NCBI GenBank assembly: GCA_964592745.1
Contig: CAZQFL010000006.1
Span: 4,942 to 68,941, forward strand
Reading direction: 5' to 3'
From: an uncultured Desulfurococcaceae archaeon
Lineage (GTDB): Archaea; Thermoproteota; Thermoprotei_A; Sulfolobales; NBVN01
DNA length: 64,000 bases
Shown: positions 9,508 to 19,115 of the stretch, piece by piece
Layout of the letters: each line of letters starts with the position of its first letter
How positions within the stretch are numbered: position 1 is the first letter of the stretch
Notes under the pieces: generated by a model
Seen by the model: only the letters and a program-made list of their open reading frames with translations
What the model was told of the DNA's origin: nothing
The model's database searches: none
Translations under genes and position numbers: made by a program

Positions 9508-9880
9508 GAGCTCATGACTCCTCCTTGATTTTTCCAACCAGGTCAACTACTGATTTAGCGAGTTCTTTAACGATAAACTTCAACTCTCTTCGGGATAGCC
9601 TGTAGCTAACCTGCTCCTTAATCTTAGCAATTCAAGTCTCATTAAAAGTGCTAAATAGTAACTGTATATCGTACCTTATCCTCACATTTAGGGAGATCCT
9701 TACGGTCCTTGTGCTTTGATTTTCAAATCATTCTGGAGACTTAACCCTGAAGAACTTAATGAGACAAAACTCTATAATACCTACATACTATAGGGTTTAG
9801 CTTGAGGTCTCAGTTAGACCTAGTCTATTAGCTTTTAGTTGAGTTTTTAAGCTGTGGTTAATCTTTACTTACGGGTATTA

Positions 9881-10570
9881 ATGTCATTAATTGTTGCCTT
9901 AGATCCTCCGGTAAATGTTGATGAGAAGAAATGGTGTGTTAACTTAATAGATGAAATTGGTGATGTTGTTCATGGGCTTAAGTTCGGTCTTCCCTTAATC
10001 ATTAAAGTTGGTGTTAAGGGTCTTAAAGATATATTAAGTACGGTTAATCAACGAAGTAAGTTATTAATTGCGGACTTAAAGCTTGCCGATATAGGTTATG
10101 TTATGGCATTAATCGTAAAGACAATAACTGATACAGGTGTTAATACTGTCATAGCTCATGCATTTGTTGGTGTTAAGGGTGCTTTAGAGGAATTATCTGA
10201 AGTATGTAGAGAACTTAACATCAATTTAGTATTAGTAGCACGTATGAGTCATCCTGGAGCTAGTGATGTCATGGATAAAGTATTTGATGACTTACTTAGA
10301 ATAGTGAAAATGGTTAATGCTTGGGGTGCAGTACTACCGGCAACAAGACCTGATATCATTAAGACCGGCAGGAAGTTCTTAGGTCCATCCATAAAAATAT
10401 TATCGCCTGGTGTTGGTGCTCAAGGAGCAAAACCTGGAGAAGCACTATGTGTTGGTGCTGATTACGAGATTGTTGGTAGATTAATAACAAGATCTAAGGA
10501 CCCGCTAGGAACAGCTTTAAAAGTAATTAATGAGCAGAGAGAAAGGTTGAGATCATGTCGTGGTTCGTGA
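9881..10570 (+). CDS. pyrF: Orotidine 5'-phosphate decarboxylase
   Basis: MSLIVALDPP...DLKLADIG... motifs. First gene of a pyr operon. The track starts at GTG 9854; ATG 9881 is preferred. Confidence 0.85.
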   Translation: MSLIVALDPPVNVDEKKWCVNLIDEIGDVVHGLKFGLPLIIKVGVKGLKDILSTVNQRSKLLIADLKLADIGYVMALIVKTITDTGVNTVIAHAFVGVKGALEELSEVCRELNINLVLVARMSHPGASDVMDKVFDDLLRIVKMVNAWGAVLPATRPDIIKTGRKFLGPSIKILSPGVGAQGAKPGEALCVGADYEIVGRLITRSKDPLGTALKVINEQRERLRSCRGS

Positions 10571-11151
10571 AGGAGTTCTATAGAGTTGGTATCATAAGAT
10601 TTGGGAAGTTTAAGTTATCATCAGGTATCGAGAGTCCTTACTATATAGACCTGAGGAGACTGTATAGCTTCCCTGACTTAGCATTTAAAGTGATTAATGA
10701 ATTAATTAAGATCATCAATGTTGAGTACGATGCTGTAGCAGGTGTTGCTACAGGGGGTATACCCTTAGCGGCATACATAGCGTTTACTAAGAGAATACCG
10801 TTGGGTTATGTAAGAGTTGAACGTAAGAGTCATGGAATGGAAAGTAAGGTTGAAGGTGTATTGGAGGGTAGGAAAGTACTTATAGTTGATGATGTAGCAA
10901 CAACAGGGCAGAGTCTATTAACATCGGCAAAGGCTCTTAAAGCATTAAATGCTAGCGTAGTTGCTGCTGCAGCAGTGGTGGATAGAGAGCAAGGTGCTCG
11001 AGAGGTTTTAGCATCTGAAGGTGTTAAACTATATACATTAATCACCGTAACGGAGATCTTTAATGTATTACTTAAGGAAGGGCTTATAGATAATGCTACG
11101 TATAGAGAGGTTATGGAGTATACATTAAGGTTTAAAGTACGAAGCCTTTAA
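10555..11151 (+). CDS. pyrE: Orotate phosphoribosyltransferase
   Basis: PRPP-binding motif VLIVDDVATTGQS. Overlaps the pyrF end by 16 nt. Confidence 0.9.
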   Translation: MSWFVKEFYRVGIIRFGKFKLSSGIESPYYIDLRRLYSFPDLAFKVINELIKIINVEYDAVAGVATGGIPLAAYIAFTKRIPLGYVRVERKSHGMESKVEGVLEGRKVLIVDDVATTGQSLLTSAKALKALNASVVAAAAVVDREQGAREVLASEGVKLYTLITVTEIFNVLLKEGLIDNATYREVMEYTLRFKVRSL

Positions 11152-11174
11152 ATAGGCTGTAGTAAGGGAATAGG

Positions 11175-12053
11175 TTGGGCTTTTTGAGTAAGATCACGGA
11201 AGACCTAAAGAGTGATAAGACACTGTTTAGATACATTAGCTCTTCACCATTTCACGTAAATAGCGTAAGCCTGAAGAGATATACGATAAGGCATGTAAGG
11301 GTAACTGATGTAGTACAACTTTCTAGAAGGTATTTAGTTGCCCGACTTAAACTTCTTGAAGATTTTGAGAATGAACCCGAACCAGGACAGTTTGTAATGA
11401 TATGGATACCAGGCATAGATTATATACCTATGAGTATTGCTGATTACAGGAGTTCAGAATTACTAATATTCTTCAAAGTAAGAGGTGAAGGCACTAGAGC
11501 ATTAGCAAATTCTAAGGATAAAATCCTAGCTGTTGCAGGACCTCTAGGTAAACCTATCAATCTAAATAATGAATCAAGGTATTTACTAATAGGTGGCGGT
11601 ACTGGATTAGCACCACTAATTAAGTTAGCTAAGAAGCTTTATAATATGAATTTATTAGAAAACGTCATATGGGGTACGAGAAGCGCTGATGATGTAGGTA
11701 TAGTTCCTGAATTCTTCAAGGAAGTCACCGGAAGTGAATTAATGGTATGTACAGAGGATTGTACTATGGGTTACTGCGGTAAAGCTACAGATCTCGTCGC
11801 AGAGCTTATTCCTAAATTGAAGGATTCATCTATTGAGATAATTGCTGCAGGACCAAATGATATGTTAGCCTCGATAGCTCTTATGAGCTCTAGATATGGT
11901 ATGGATCCTGTACTAGTCATGGAATCCACAGTTAAGTGCGGACTAGGATTATGTGGCGAATGCATATTAGGTGAGACTGGACTATCCCTATGCAAGGATG
12001 GGCCTGCATTTAAAGCCTCTAAAGTTATCAACTACTTACTCAATAAGAAATAA
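11175..12053 (+). CDS. pyrK: Dihydroorotate dehydrogenase electron-transfer subunit
   Basis: FAD/NAD-binding fold (LLIGGGTGLAPL) and a C-terminal 2Fe-2S cysteine cluster (CGLGLCGEC...C). The TTG start is uncertain. Confidence 0.8.
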   Translation: MGFLSKITEDLKSDKTLFRYISSSPFHVNSVSLKRYTIRHVRVTDVVQLSRRYLVARLKLLEDFENEPEPGQFVMIWIPGIDYIPMSIADYRSSELLIFFKVRGEGTRALANSKDKILAVAGPLGKPINLNNESRYLLIGGGTGLAPLIKLAKKLYNMNLLENVIWGTRSADDVGIVPEFFKEVTGSELMVCTEDCTMGYCGKATDLVAELIPKLKDSSIEIIAAGPNDMLASIALMSSRYGMDPVLVMESTVKCGLGLCGECILGETGLSLCKDGPAFKASKVINYLLNKK

Positions 12054-12097
12054 TAAGTTCAATTTTAATTAACGCTAGGAATGATGTAGGTGTCGCT

Positions 12098-13003
12098 ATG
12101 TCGTTAGAAACCGAGGTTGCTTCATTAAAACTAAAGCACCCGGTGATGAATGCTAGTGGAATTTTAGGTAATAGTCCCGGTGGTATAGTGAGATTAGTTA
12201 AGTTAGGTTTCTCTGCTGTTGTAACCAAGACTATAACCCCGGAACCTAAGACCGGGTTTAAACCACCGATAATAGTTGAATTACCTACTGGTGGCTTACT
12301 TAATGCTGTAGGTCTAGCTAATCCTGGTAAATCTGTTATCAAGGATTTAGTGGGGACTGCTAAGAAGTTAGGTATACCGATAATTGTTAGTATCGGTGGA
12401 AGATTCGAGAACGAGTTTGTTGATGTAGCTGTTGAGGCGGAAAAATCAGGTGCCAACGCGTTAGAGCTCAACTTAAGCTGTCCTCACGCTAAAGGCTATG
12501 GTATAGAATTAGGCAGTGATCCAGTCAAGGTTAAGAATATAGTTAAGGCTGTATCCTCCGTAATCTCTATACCAGTACTCGCTAAGTTAGGATTAACTGA
12601 TAAAATTATTGAATCATCAGGCAAGGCATTAGAAGCTGGTGCAAAGGGTTTAGTACTTATTAATACCGTGAAGGCCATGTATATAGACGTATTTACATTA
12701 AGGCCTGTACTAACAGCTAGATATGGTGGACTTTCAGGACCTCCAATACATCCTATAGCTGTAAGAGTTATCTACGATGTTTATAAAGAGTATACTGCTG
12801 ACATTATAGGTGTTGGTGGAGTATGTGATTGGACTACAGCAGCAGAGTTTATTGCGGCAGGTGCTAAGGCTATACAAATAGGTACCGCATTAATGACTAA
12901 CGAAGGAATAGTTAATGAGGTACTTAACGGTCTAAAGAAGTGGATCCAATACCACAACGTTAAGAGTATTAAGGAGCTTGTAGGTACTGCACATAAGATC
13001 TAA
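12098..13003 (+). CDS. pyrD: Dihydroorotate dehydrogenase 1B catalytic subunit
   Basis: TIM-barrel DHOD motifs: NASG, ELNLSCPHAKG, GGLSGPPI, IGVGGV. Confidence 0.9.
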   Translation: MSLETEVASLKLKHPVMNASGILGNSPGGIVRLVKLGFSAVVTKTITPEPKTGFKPPIIVELPTGGLLNAVGLANPGKSVIKDLVGTAKKLGIPIIVSIGGRFENEFVDVAVEAEKSGANALELNLSCPHAKGYGIELGSDPVKVKNIVKAVSSVISIPVLAKLGLTDKIIESSGKALEAGAKGLVLINTVKAMYIDVFTLRPVLTARYGGLSGPPIHPIAVRVIYDVYKEYTADIIGVGGVCDWTTAAEFIAAGAKAIQIGTALMTNEGIVNEVLNGLKKWIQYHNVKSIKELVGTAHKI

Positions 13004-13042
13004 CATCTAATGAACTACTTTTGCTCTGTGATTTACTAACTC

Positions 13043-13429
13043 CTAATCAATTACGTGAGTCATTCTTAGTAATTCCTTCATTATTATTGCAAACCATCCA
13101 ATTCTGGGTACGTGTAATAGGTACTTACCGATTACTTTACTTATGTGTATTAGTTCGGGGTTAGGATCTTTACTGGCATCACCTTTAGTTACAAATGCTA
13201 TCTCATTACCACTCCTCACAATCTTAATAACCCTGCTTATTACTATCTCTCCATTACTTATGTAGCCAATTACGTCACCAATACCAATATTGCTTTCACC
13301 ATGTATGAGCAATACAACATCACCAACACATAGTGTAGGTTTCATATCGTCATTAACAACCACGTGGACTGTAATACCTATGGGCTTAAGTGAAGTTATG
13401 GCAATTAATAGAAGGAGTAACACGACCAT
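13043..13429 (-). CDS. S26 signal-peptidase-like protein lacking the catalytic Ser and His
   Basis: Aligns along its length with the peptidase domain of 17403-18653. GSMRPT is replaced by DDMKPT, and VHRI by ISRV. The KGD box is retained. N-terminal TM anchor present. Confidence 0.65.
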   Translation of the reverse strand: MVVLLLLLIAITSLKPIGITVHVVVNDDMKPTLCVGDVVLLIHGESNIGIGDVIGYISNGEIVISRVIKIVRSGNEIAFVTKGDASKDPNPELIHISKVIGKYLLHVPRIGWFAIIMKELLRMTHVID

Positions 13430-13715
13430 TAGCCATAGTACTAAGCGTTTAGATATCAGATCCAGATCCCTACAAGATGCTCCTTTACCTTGAATTTAAA
13501 CTTAAGTATGTAAGTGATACGTGAATCCGTGAGTGAGTAATGGCTACATCACTATTGAGTATACTAGGTTGGCCACATACACAAATAGGGTATTCTAACC
13601 TTTAACATTAGTAATATACTTTGTTGTAGTTACCCATGTGAACTGAAATTATTAGGGTAACATATATTAGATTAGTAGGGATTTTTGATCATAGTCATGT
13701 GGGAGGGCTACTTAA

Positions 13716-14312
13716 GTGGGTAGACGTGATTATTTCGTAATATTGTCAAGATTGATTGAGGCATGTATGGGGGAGGAAGGCATAACCCACTTAATGATGA
13801 TTACTGGCCTTAACTATTTGCAGATAAGGCGTTATTTAAGAGAAGCGCTTGAAAGAGACCTCATAACTGAGGTAAGACGTGATGAAGGAAGGAAATACTA
13901 CAGAGCTACAAAGAAGGGTTTAAGATTTCTTAATGTAATGACCGAACTAGAGAGTGTGATGAGTGATGATAAAGTTCTTGGTCCATACAAAATAACAGAG
14001 TCAGTGGGCTTGAGGTTTGGAGAGTATGGTATGAGAATTATAGGGGTAAGAATATTTTCTAAGAGGAGAGATAGACTTAGTCTATATGTATGTGTATTAA
14101 GTAAGGCGTTAAAACCCGTTCGAATAACTGAGTTATGCAATAAATGCTTACTTGGCTGGGCTACATGTAGTAAAGTAGTGAATGAATTACTTAATAAGGG
14201 ACTATTAAGTAAAGCCACGAGTAGTAAGGGCAAGACGATATATGTAATCAGTAATAAAGGTAAGTACTTTATAGGAAAATACATAGAAGCACTTTTACTA
14301 TTAATACGTTAA
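13716..14312 (+). CDS. Tandem winged-helix DNA-binding protein
   Basis: Two wHTH-like repeats: ITGLNYLQIRRYLREALERDLITEV...YYRATKKGLRFL and ITELCNKCLLGWATCSKVVNELLNKGLLSK...YVISNKGKYF. Confidence 0.6.
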   Translation: MGRRDYFVILSRLIEACMGEEGITHLMMITGLNYLQIRRYLREALERDLITEVRRDEGRKYYRATKKGLRFLNVMTELESVMSDDKVLGPYKITESVGLRFGEYGMRIIGVRIFSKRRDRLSLYVCVLSKALKPVRITELCNKCLLGWATCSKVVNELLNKGLLSKATSSKGKTIYVISNKGKYFIGKYIEALLLLIR

Positions 14313-14330
14313 TTAACAAACTATTTTTCT

Positions 14331-15017
14331 TTAAGGTAATATGTTTAATTTTCTTTCACAAGCTGCTAATACTCTAGAAACGACAACCCAGGTATCTAAT
14401 GGTTTATGGTAGATGGAGAATACGTATTTAGCGAATGACTTAACTTCATCACTGAAGTCACCATGAGGAAATCCGCCAATAACTATAGGTAAGTTCTCAC
14501 TTATTGCATACTCACATATATCTTCAGTCTTAACTATCTCACCCTCTTCACTAAGCAATACTATGTTCTTAATACCTAGTTCATTCATTAAACCCTTAAA
14601 ACTCATTGCTACAGCAGTCATTAATGGTTTATCACTATCTGGGGGTACCTTACCATGAATTAATAACTGCTCCATTAGTCCAACAAATCTATTATAGTTT
14701 CTCGGTATTCTCGTTGATGGGTCTATATATATTACGTAGTCTGATATAGTATGCACTATGATTTCAAGCTTACCCTCAATATTTAGTGGTGATGATAAAG
14801 CCTCAAGTAGGGCTACATGAACTATGTCAGGTCTACCCCTCTTATGCCTATCCCTTAATTTCTTCATGGCATGGTAGTGAAGTGATACATCAAGTAATAT
14901 TTCAGTTGGCTTCTTACGCCTCCTTCTAGCAGTCTTAAGTACTGATGGATGATCTATGATATCCCTAGGTACTAGCTCTAAAGCTGCTTCAGCTAGTATT
15001 AACCTTATAATACTCAA
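14331..15017 (-). CDS. nep1: rRNA small-subunit pseudouridine methyltransferase Nep1 (EMG1)
   Basis: 228 aa. LILAEAALELVP...RGRPDIVHVALL is typical of the SPOUT-class Nep1. TTG start. Confidence 0.8.
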   Translation of the reverse strand: MSIIRLILAEAALELVPRDIIDHPSVLKTARRRRKKPTEILLDVSLHYHAMKKLRDRHKRGRPDIVHVALLEALSSPLNIEGKLEIIVHTISDYVIYIDPSTRIPRNYNRFVGLMEQLLIHGKVPPDSDKPLMTAVAMSFKGLMNELGIKNIVLLSEEGEIVKTEDICEYAISENLPIVIGGFPHGDFSDEVKSFAKYVFSIYHKPLDTWVVVSRVLAACERKLNILP

Positions 15018-15042
15018 GCTAACCTCCCTAAGGGTATAGGTA

Positions 15043-15357
15043 GTGAGGAGAATAATTAAGGACTTAGCATTACAGAGAGTGAGAAAGCTATATACACTAG
15101 CAGTGAATGAAGTAAGGCTAGGTAATTACGATAGAGCTCGTAGATATGTGGAAATAGCACTCAATTTAATTAGTAAGGCTAACGTTAGGAAGCCTACGTA
15201 TTTACGTAGAGGTATATGTAAGAATTGCTACGTACCATTAATACCAGGTCTTACAGCTACCGTTCGATTAAGGGGTAATAGGAAGTATATTATGGTTGTT
15301 AGGAAGTGTTTACTATGTGGATGGGTGAGTAGGGTACCATGCCCAAGAAAGAAATAA
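15043..15357 (+). CDS. rnp4: RNase P protein component 4 (Rpp21/Rpr2)
   Basis: 104 aa. N-terminal helical region plus a zinc ribbon, CKNCYVPLIPG...CLLCG. Confidence 0.75.
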   Translation: MRRIIKDLALQRVRKLYTLAVNEVRLGNYDRARRYVEIALNLISKANVRKPTYLRRGICKNCYVPLIPGLTATVRLRGNRKYIMVVRKCLLCGWVSRVPCPRKK

Positions 15358-15605
15358 TAAAGGAGGTAATTCATGGTACCGCACATGTGAGGATAGGGAA
15401 GAGCGGTATTAGTGAGGGTGTTATTAACGAAATAAAGAGACAATTAGATGATAAGGAGGTAATTAAAGTTAAGGTGTTACGTTCATATCTTAGAGTTAGT
15501 GGTAAGAAGACTAAAGATATAGCTAAGGAAGTAGCAGAGAAGGTTAATGCGATAGTAGTTGATGTTAGGGGTCACACATTTGTTTTAGTTAAGAAGAGGA
15601 AGTAG
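15339..15605 (+). CDS. YhbY-like CRM-domain RNA-binding protein
   Basis: 88 aa. HVRIGKSGISEGVINEIKRQLDDKEVIKVKV matches the YhbY/CRM fold signature. Confidence 0.7.
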   Translation: MPKKEIIKEVIHGTAHVRIGKSGISEGVINEIKRQLDDKEVIKVKVLRSYLRVSGKKTKDIAKEVAEKVNAIVVDVRGHTFVLVKKRK

Positions 15606-15623
15606 TTATGAACAACGATTAAT

Positions 15624-15724
15624 TGGTGCCGCGGCCGGGATTTGAACCCGGGTCACGGGCTATCCCCACGCAGGGCCCGCTGCTCGAGAGGCCCGCATAC
15701 TTGGCCGGGCTATACTACCGCGGC
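15624..15724 (-). tRNA. tRNA-Glu (anticodon CTC) with about 23-nt canonical intron, CCA encoded
   Basis: Acceptor GCCGCGG/CCGCGGC, anticodon stem CGGGC/GCCCG with loop CTCTCG|intron, 4-nt variable loop, T arm CCGGG-TTCAAAT-CCCGG. Confidence 0.8.
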
Positions 15725-15892
15725 ACCCCAAAGAGTCTCAGAATTGAAGCTTTAAAAACATAATTTACATTACCTCCATAAAACTAATTACTTAAGTCAT
15801 CAATTACTATGATTGAATCCCTAGGTTTTAGGGATATAAATTACAATTTAACCAATCCTCAATTAAGAGAACTAAGAATTCATGGAGAGTAA

Positions 15893-16213
15893 TTAGTAGC
15901 TTTTAATTATCTTATCTAACACTTCCTTAATTTCAGGTTTTATGAAATATACTTTATAAACCCTATTGTCTGAGACCTTAATCTGCATTTCTTCAATAAA
16001 GTTTGTTGCTATGAGTTTCCTTAAATTTCTACTTAGTTTTTTGTGATTTACCTTAAGCCTTCTAGCTAATGATCTAAGACTTAATGGTCCATCATTCATT
16101 AATATTACAATTATCCCCACTCTGACATCGTCATTTAACAATGAGAATAATTTTATTACCAAACTACCACAGTTACATCTCCCCTGGAATTCCTCATCAG
16201 ACAATACTTTCAC
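15893..16213 (-). CDS. ArsR-type winged-helix transcriptional regulator
   Basis: 106 aa. VRVGIIVILMNDGPLSLRSLARRLKVNHKKLSRNLRKL forms an HTH. It lies directly downstream of the secreted-protein cluster on the same strand. Confidence 0.6.
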   Translation of the reverse strand: MKVLSDEEFQGRCNCGSLVIKLFSLLNDDVRVGIIVILMNDGPLSLRSLARRLKVNHKKLSRNLRKLIATNFIEEMQIKVSDNRVYKVYFIKPEIKEVLDKIIKSY

Positions 16214-16380
16214 AACGCCTTAAGTGCTAGTTAACTATGTGCGTAGAGATTATTAAATCTTTTAGACAGGCAAAGATGCGTCATGTCGGTATCACTTATA
16301 TTAAATATTTACCCAAATCCGTAGCAGTTATTTATAAGCAGGTGTTACTTCCGGGTAATCAAACTTATAAAAACTATCTA

Positions 16381-17406
16381 CTACGAATTCCTACCTACTT
16401 TAACTACATATACGACATCCCTATCCACTATAAAGTACTGCAATTTATCTCCATTACTAGGCTGTAGCTTAAGTATTGGCCTCTCAAGTAACCTAGCCAA
16501 TTTCGCTAATTCCTCTAGATTACTTAGTGAAATCTTCGTTACATTTGATCCTTTAGGTATACTATCAGTTGTCACTAATATATCTGAGTACTTTTTCTCA
16601 AATTTTTCCACAATATTAAATGATCTTAACCTCATCAACATGAATGTCGATGTTGTAAGGAATGAAATACCTACTATTGCTAAGATTATAGATATTAATC
16701 TGAGTGTATTAATGTTAAAGCCGATTATATTTAATTCCTTAGTCTTGCTTATCTTCCTACTTATGGTGGCTGAATTACTTAAATTACCCTTAACAATGAC
16801 TTTATTGTTACGCGTATCTATGGTAAGTGTGATTGGGTGAGTAAATGGGTCCATAACTACTCTAGAGTCTACCTTTAATCTTGACTTTACTGATGTATCT
16901 ACTATTACATCGAATGGTGTTGGTTTAAGACCTAGCTCTGAAGTTAGGTTGTTCATGAACATCAGTAATCTACTTAAATTAAGCTTTAATTCTCCAATAA
17001 CGTGTGAAGTGTTATTAAATGACTTACTGATTAATAGATATGTCTTAGACCAACCATCGGGATGGACAACTTTAACTGTCATATTTAAATTACCTGACGC
17101 AGTAGCGTTCCTGTAGTCAAGACTGTAATTGATATGTATGAACTTAACTATGGAGAGGTATATGGGTGTCTTAAGGTCATAACTTAGTTCTTCACCAAAG
17201 ACCTCATTAGGTATTAATAGGAATTTCAGTGAATATTCCGATCTTCTCTTAATGCTGAATAGCGTATATTCCTTAACTATGTAGGGCTTCTTAGTGAATG
17301 CAGCATAACCAATTACTCCTGCTAGAGATACTATAATTAATGAGGCTATTAGTAATGAGGTATTCAAGGTCCTTAAGAGCTTTCTTGAAGGCATGTCAAA
17401 CCTCAC
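16381..17406 (-). CDS. Bitopic membrane protein with a large extracytoplasmic domain (cluster component)
   Basis: 341 aa. N-terminal TM (LLIASLIIVSLAGVIGYAAF), about 200-aa Asn/Ser-rich external domain, second TM (ISIILAIVGISFLTTSTFMLM), about 90-aa cytoplasmic tail. 4-nt overlap with the upstream peptidase gene. Confidence 0.6.
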   Translation of the reverse strand: MRFDMPSRKLLRTLNTSLLIASLIIVSLAGVIGYAAFTKKPYIVKEYTLFSIKRRSEYSLKFLLIPNEVFGEELSYDLKTPIYLSIVKFIHINYSLDYRNATASGNLNMTVKVVHPDGWSKTYLLISKSFNNTSHVIGELKLNLSRLLMFMNNLTSELGLKPTPFDVIVDTSVKSRLKVDSRVVMDPFTHPITLTIDTRNNKVIVKGNLSNSATISRKISKTKELNIIGFNINTLRLISIILAIVGISFLTTSTFMLMRLRSFNIVEKFEKKYSDILVTTDSIPKGSNVTKISLSNLEELAKLARLLERPILKLQPSNGDKLQYFIVDRDVVYVVKVGRNS

Positions 17407-18653
17407 CAGTAAGTACCGCTTCTCTTAAATTTAAACTTGTGCCTCCTCATGAACCTCATAGATATTCCTATTATGATTAGTAAAGCTATTAGAGTAACCG
17501 CAATAACTCCTTCATAACTCTTTAACCCCTCCCTAAACACTATAGTAACCCAGCCTAACTTGGGTATGTATCCAACTACCTTACCTACTACAGACTCCCT
17601 ACGTACAATGAACGGGTCGGGATTAATGTAAGCGTCACCTTTCGTCCTAAAACCCTCTTTAGTAATTTGGTAAATCCTATGAACAATAACTTCTTTACCA
17701 CCAAATATGAATGCGATTACATCACCTACTTTAACATCGTAAGGAGAATGTAAGGCAACAAGTACTATATCACCAACATCATATGTAGGTCTCATACTAC
17801 CACTAATGATGACTAAAGGTATTATCTTAAAGTGTAGAGTTAAGAGTACCATAATAACTAAGACTAGAGATATCACTTCAGGTATGTATCTCTTAAGTTT
17901 ACTGAGCTTACTAAACTCAAAGAAATCCTTCGATACACCCCTAAGCTTCCGTATAGAGTATAGTATAGTAATTAAAACTCCATAGTATATCATTGACTGG
18001 AAACCACTCCATACCATACCTAGCTCGCCTGTATTAGCAACTATGGGTGAAAATCTCATATAACCATCGACTAGTAACCTAAAGATCATAGCTACCTTAA
18101 ACCCACCTAATATATGTAATAAAGTTAAAATCATACTATAAAATAAGCTTGGCAACATGGTTATAGGAGTCTTAGTAGCACTTAAGAAGTAATCCATTGC
18201 TACATAAATAGTTGAACCTAGGAATAACCCACTTAAGGTACCTAATATCATCCTACTCCAAAACCCTTTAACAAGACCTACCGTAGCTGATCTACCAACC
18301 TCAATACCAATAACTTGTACTAAGAATATAGCGAAGCTAATTATAAATGACGTAGGTGATAATTTAATTAGGTTTATTCTTAAGTTAAAGCCCCATATGA
18401 AGCCTAATGCGATGAATATAGTTATTAAGATAAGCCCTATACTAAATCCCTTATATGCATCCATAGCCCCTATACCACTACGATATATGTAGGGTATTGA
18501 CAGGATTATCAACGTAGGCCAAATTATGTAGGTTATGAGCGAACCTGCTGTTCCACCAATAAGTATAGCTACATTAGGAATGAGAAGTGTGAATGTAATT
18601 ATGAGAATACGAATCAACTTTATATTTACGTGTCTAGGTGCTTTATTTAGCAT
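17403..18653 (-). CDS. Polytopic membrane domain fused to an ER/archaeal-type S26 signal peptidase I
   Basis: 416 aa. Residues 1-270 contain about 7-8 predicted TM helices and no Cys. The C-terminal part carries SGSMRPT (Ser box), VHRI (His box), KGD, and a C-terminal TM. Confidence 0.75.
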   Translation of the reverse strand: MLNKAPRHVNIKLIRILIITFTLLIPNVAILIGGTAGSLITYIIWPTLIILSIPYIYRSGIGAMDAYKGFSIGLILITIFIALGFIWGFNLRINLIKLSPTSFIISFAIFLVQVIGIEVGRSATVGLVKGFWSRMILGTLSGLFLGSTIYVAMDYFLSATKTPITMLPSLFYSMILTLLHILGGFKVAMIFRLLVDGYMRFSPIVANTGELGMVWSGFQSMIYYGVLITILYSIRKLRGVSKDFFEFSKLSKLKRYIPEVISLVLVIMVLLTLHFKIIPLVIISGSMRPTYDVGDIVLVALHSPYDVKVGDVIAFIFGGKEVIVHRIYQITKEGFRTKGDAYINPDPFIVRRESVVGKVVGYIPKLGWVTIVFREGLKSYEGVIAVTLIALLIIIGISMRFMRRHKFKFKRSGTYW

Positions 18654-18667
18654 GACCTTACACTACA

Positions 18668-19114
18668 CTAAACTCCTAAAGTTATAGACACTTCAACCTC
18701 TTTAATACTAACTTCCTCAATATAAATCCATAAAACTGCTTTATCAGTCCTATGGAGTTTAACATGGTCTCTAGTAGATACGTCAGGAAACGGATTATTG
18801 TATCTAATCATGTTATCACGCATGGTTAAAGCATCAAAATCATTCCAAACCCTACTCTCACTAGGATTCTTAAACGGTCCGTAAAGGAATACCTTAATCA
18901 CACCCGCTTTAGGTATTGTCGTAACTTTAACATCCCTTAAGTATACATACATTTGGGGTTTAACGTAATTAGATATTATCAATCCTGCCCAACACCAATT
19001 CTTAAAGTCCTCTATAATAAATGATACCGAATTCCCACTAATTGACTTGATCTTGATAAAGTTCTCAGAGCTATTAAATGTACGTACATCGAAGGAATCC
19101 ATTATTAAAACCAT
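18668..19114 (-). CDS. Beta-rich accessory protein, paralogous to the C-terminal domain of 19116-20141
   Basis: 148 aa with no signal peptide. It shares KVFLYGPF, NPFPD[VI]S and A[VI]LW[IL][YF]IE blocks with residues about 200-341 of the upstream gene. Its start lies 1 nt after the upstream stop. Confidence 0.6.
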   Translation of the reverse strand: MVLIMDSFDVRTFNSSENFIKIKSISGNSVSFIIEDFKNWCWAGLIISNYVKPQMYVYLRDVKVTTIPKAGVIKVFLYGPFKNPSESRVWNDFDALTMRDNMIRYNNPFPDVSTRDHVKLHRTDKAVLWIYIEEVSIKEVEVSITLGV

Positions 19115-19115
19115 G

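Noticed and set aside
17403-18653. Possible CPBP/CAAX-protease-like motifs (IEVGR, LTLLH) in the polytopic domain of the peptidase fusion
   Set aside because: The motifs do not match the EExxxR / FxxxH / HxxxN consensus, and the third motif is absent. This is too weak to claim without a profile search.
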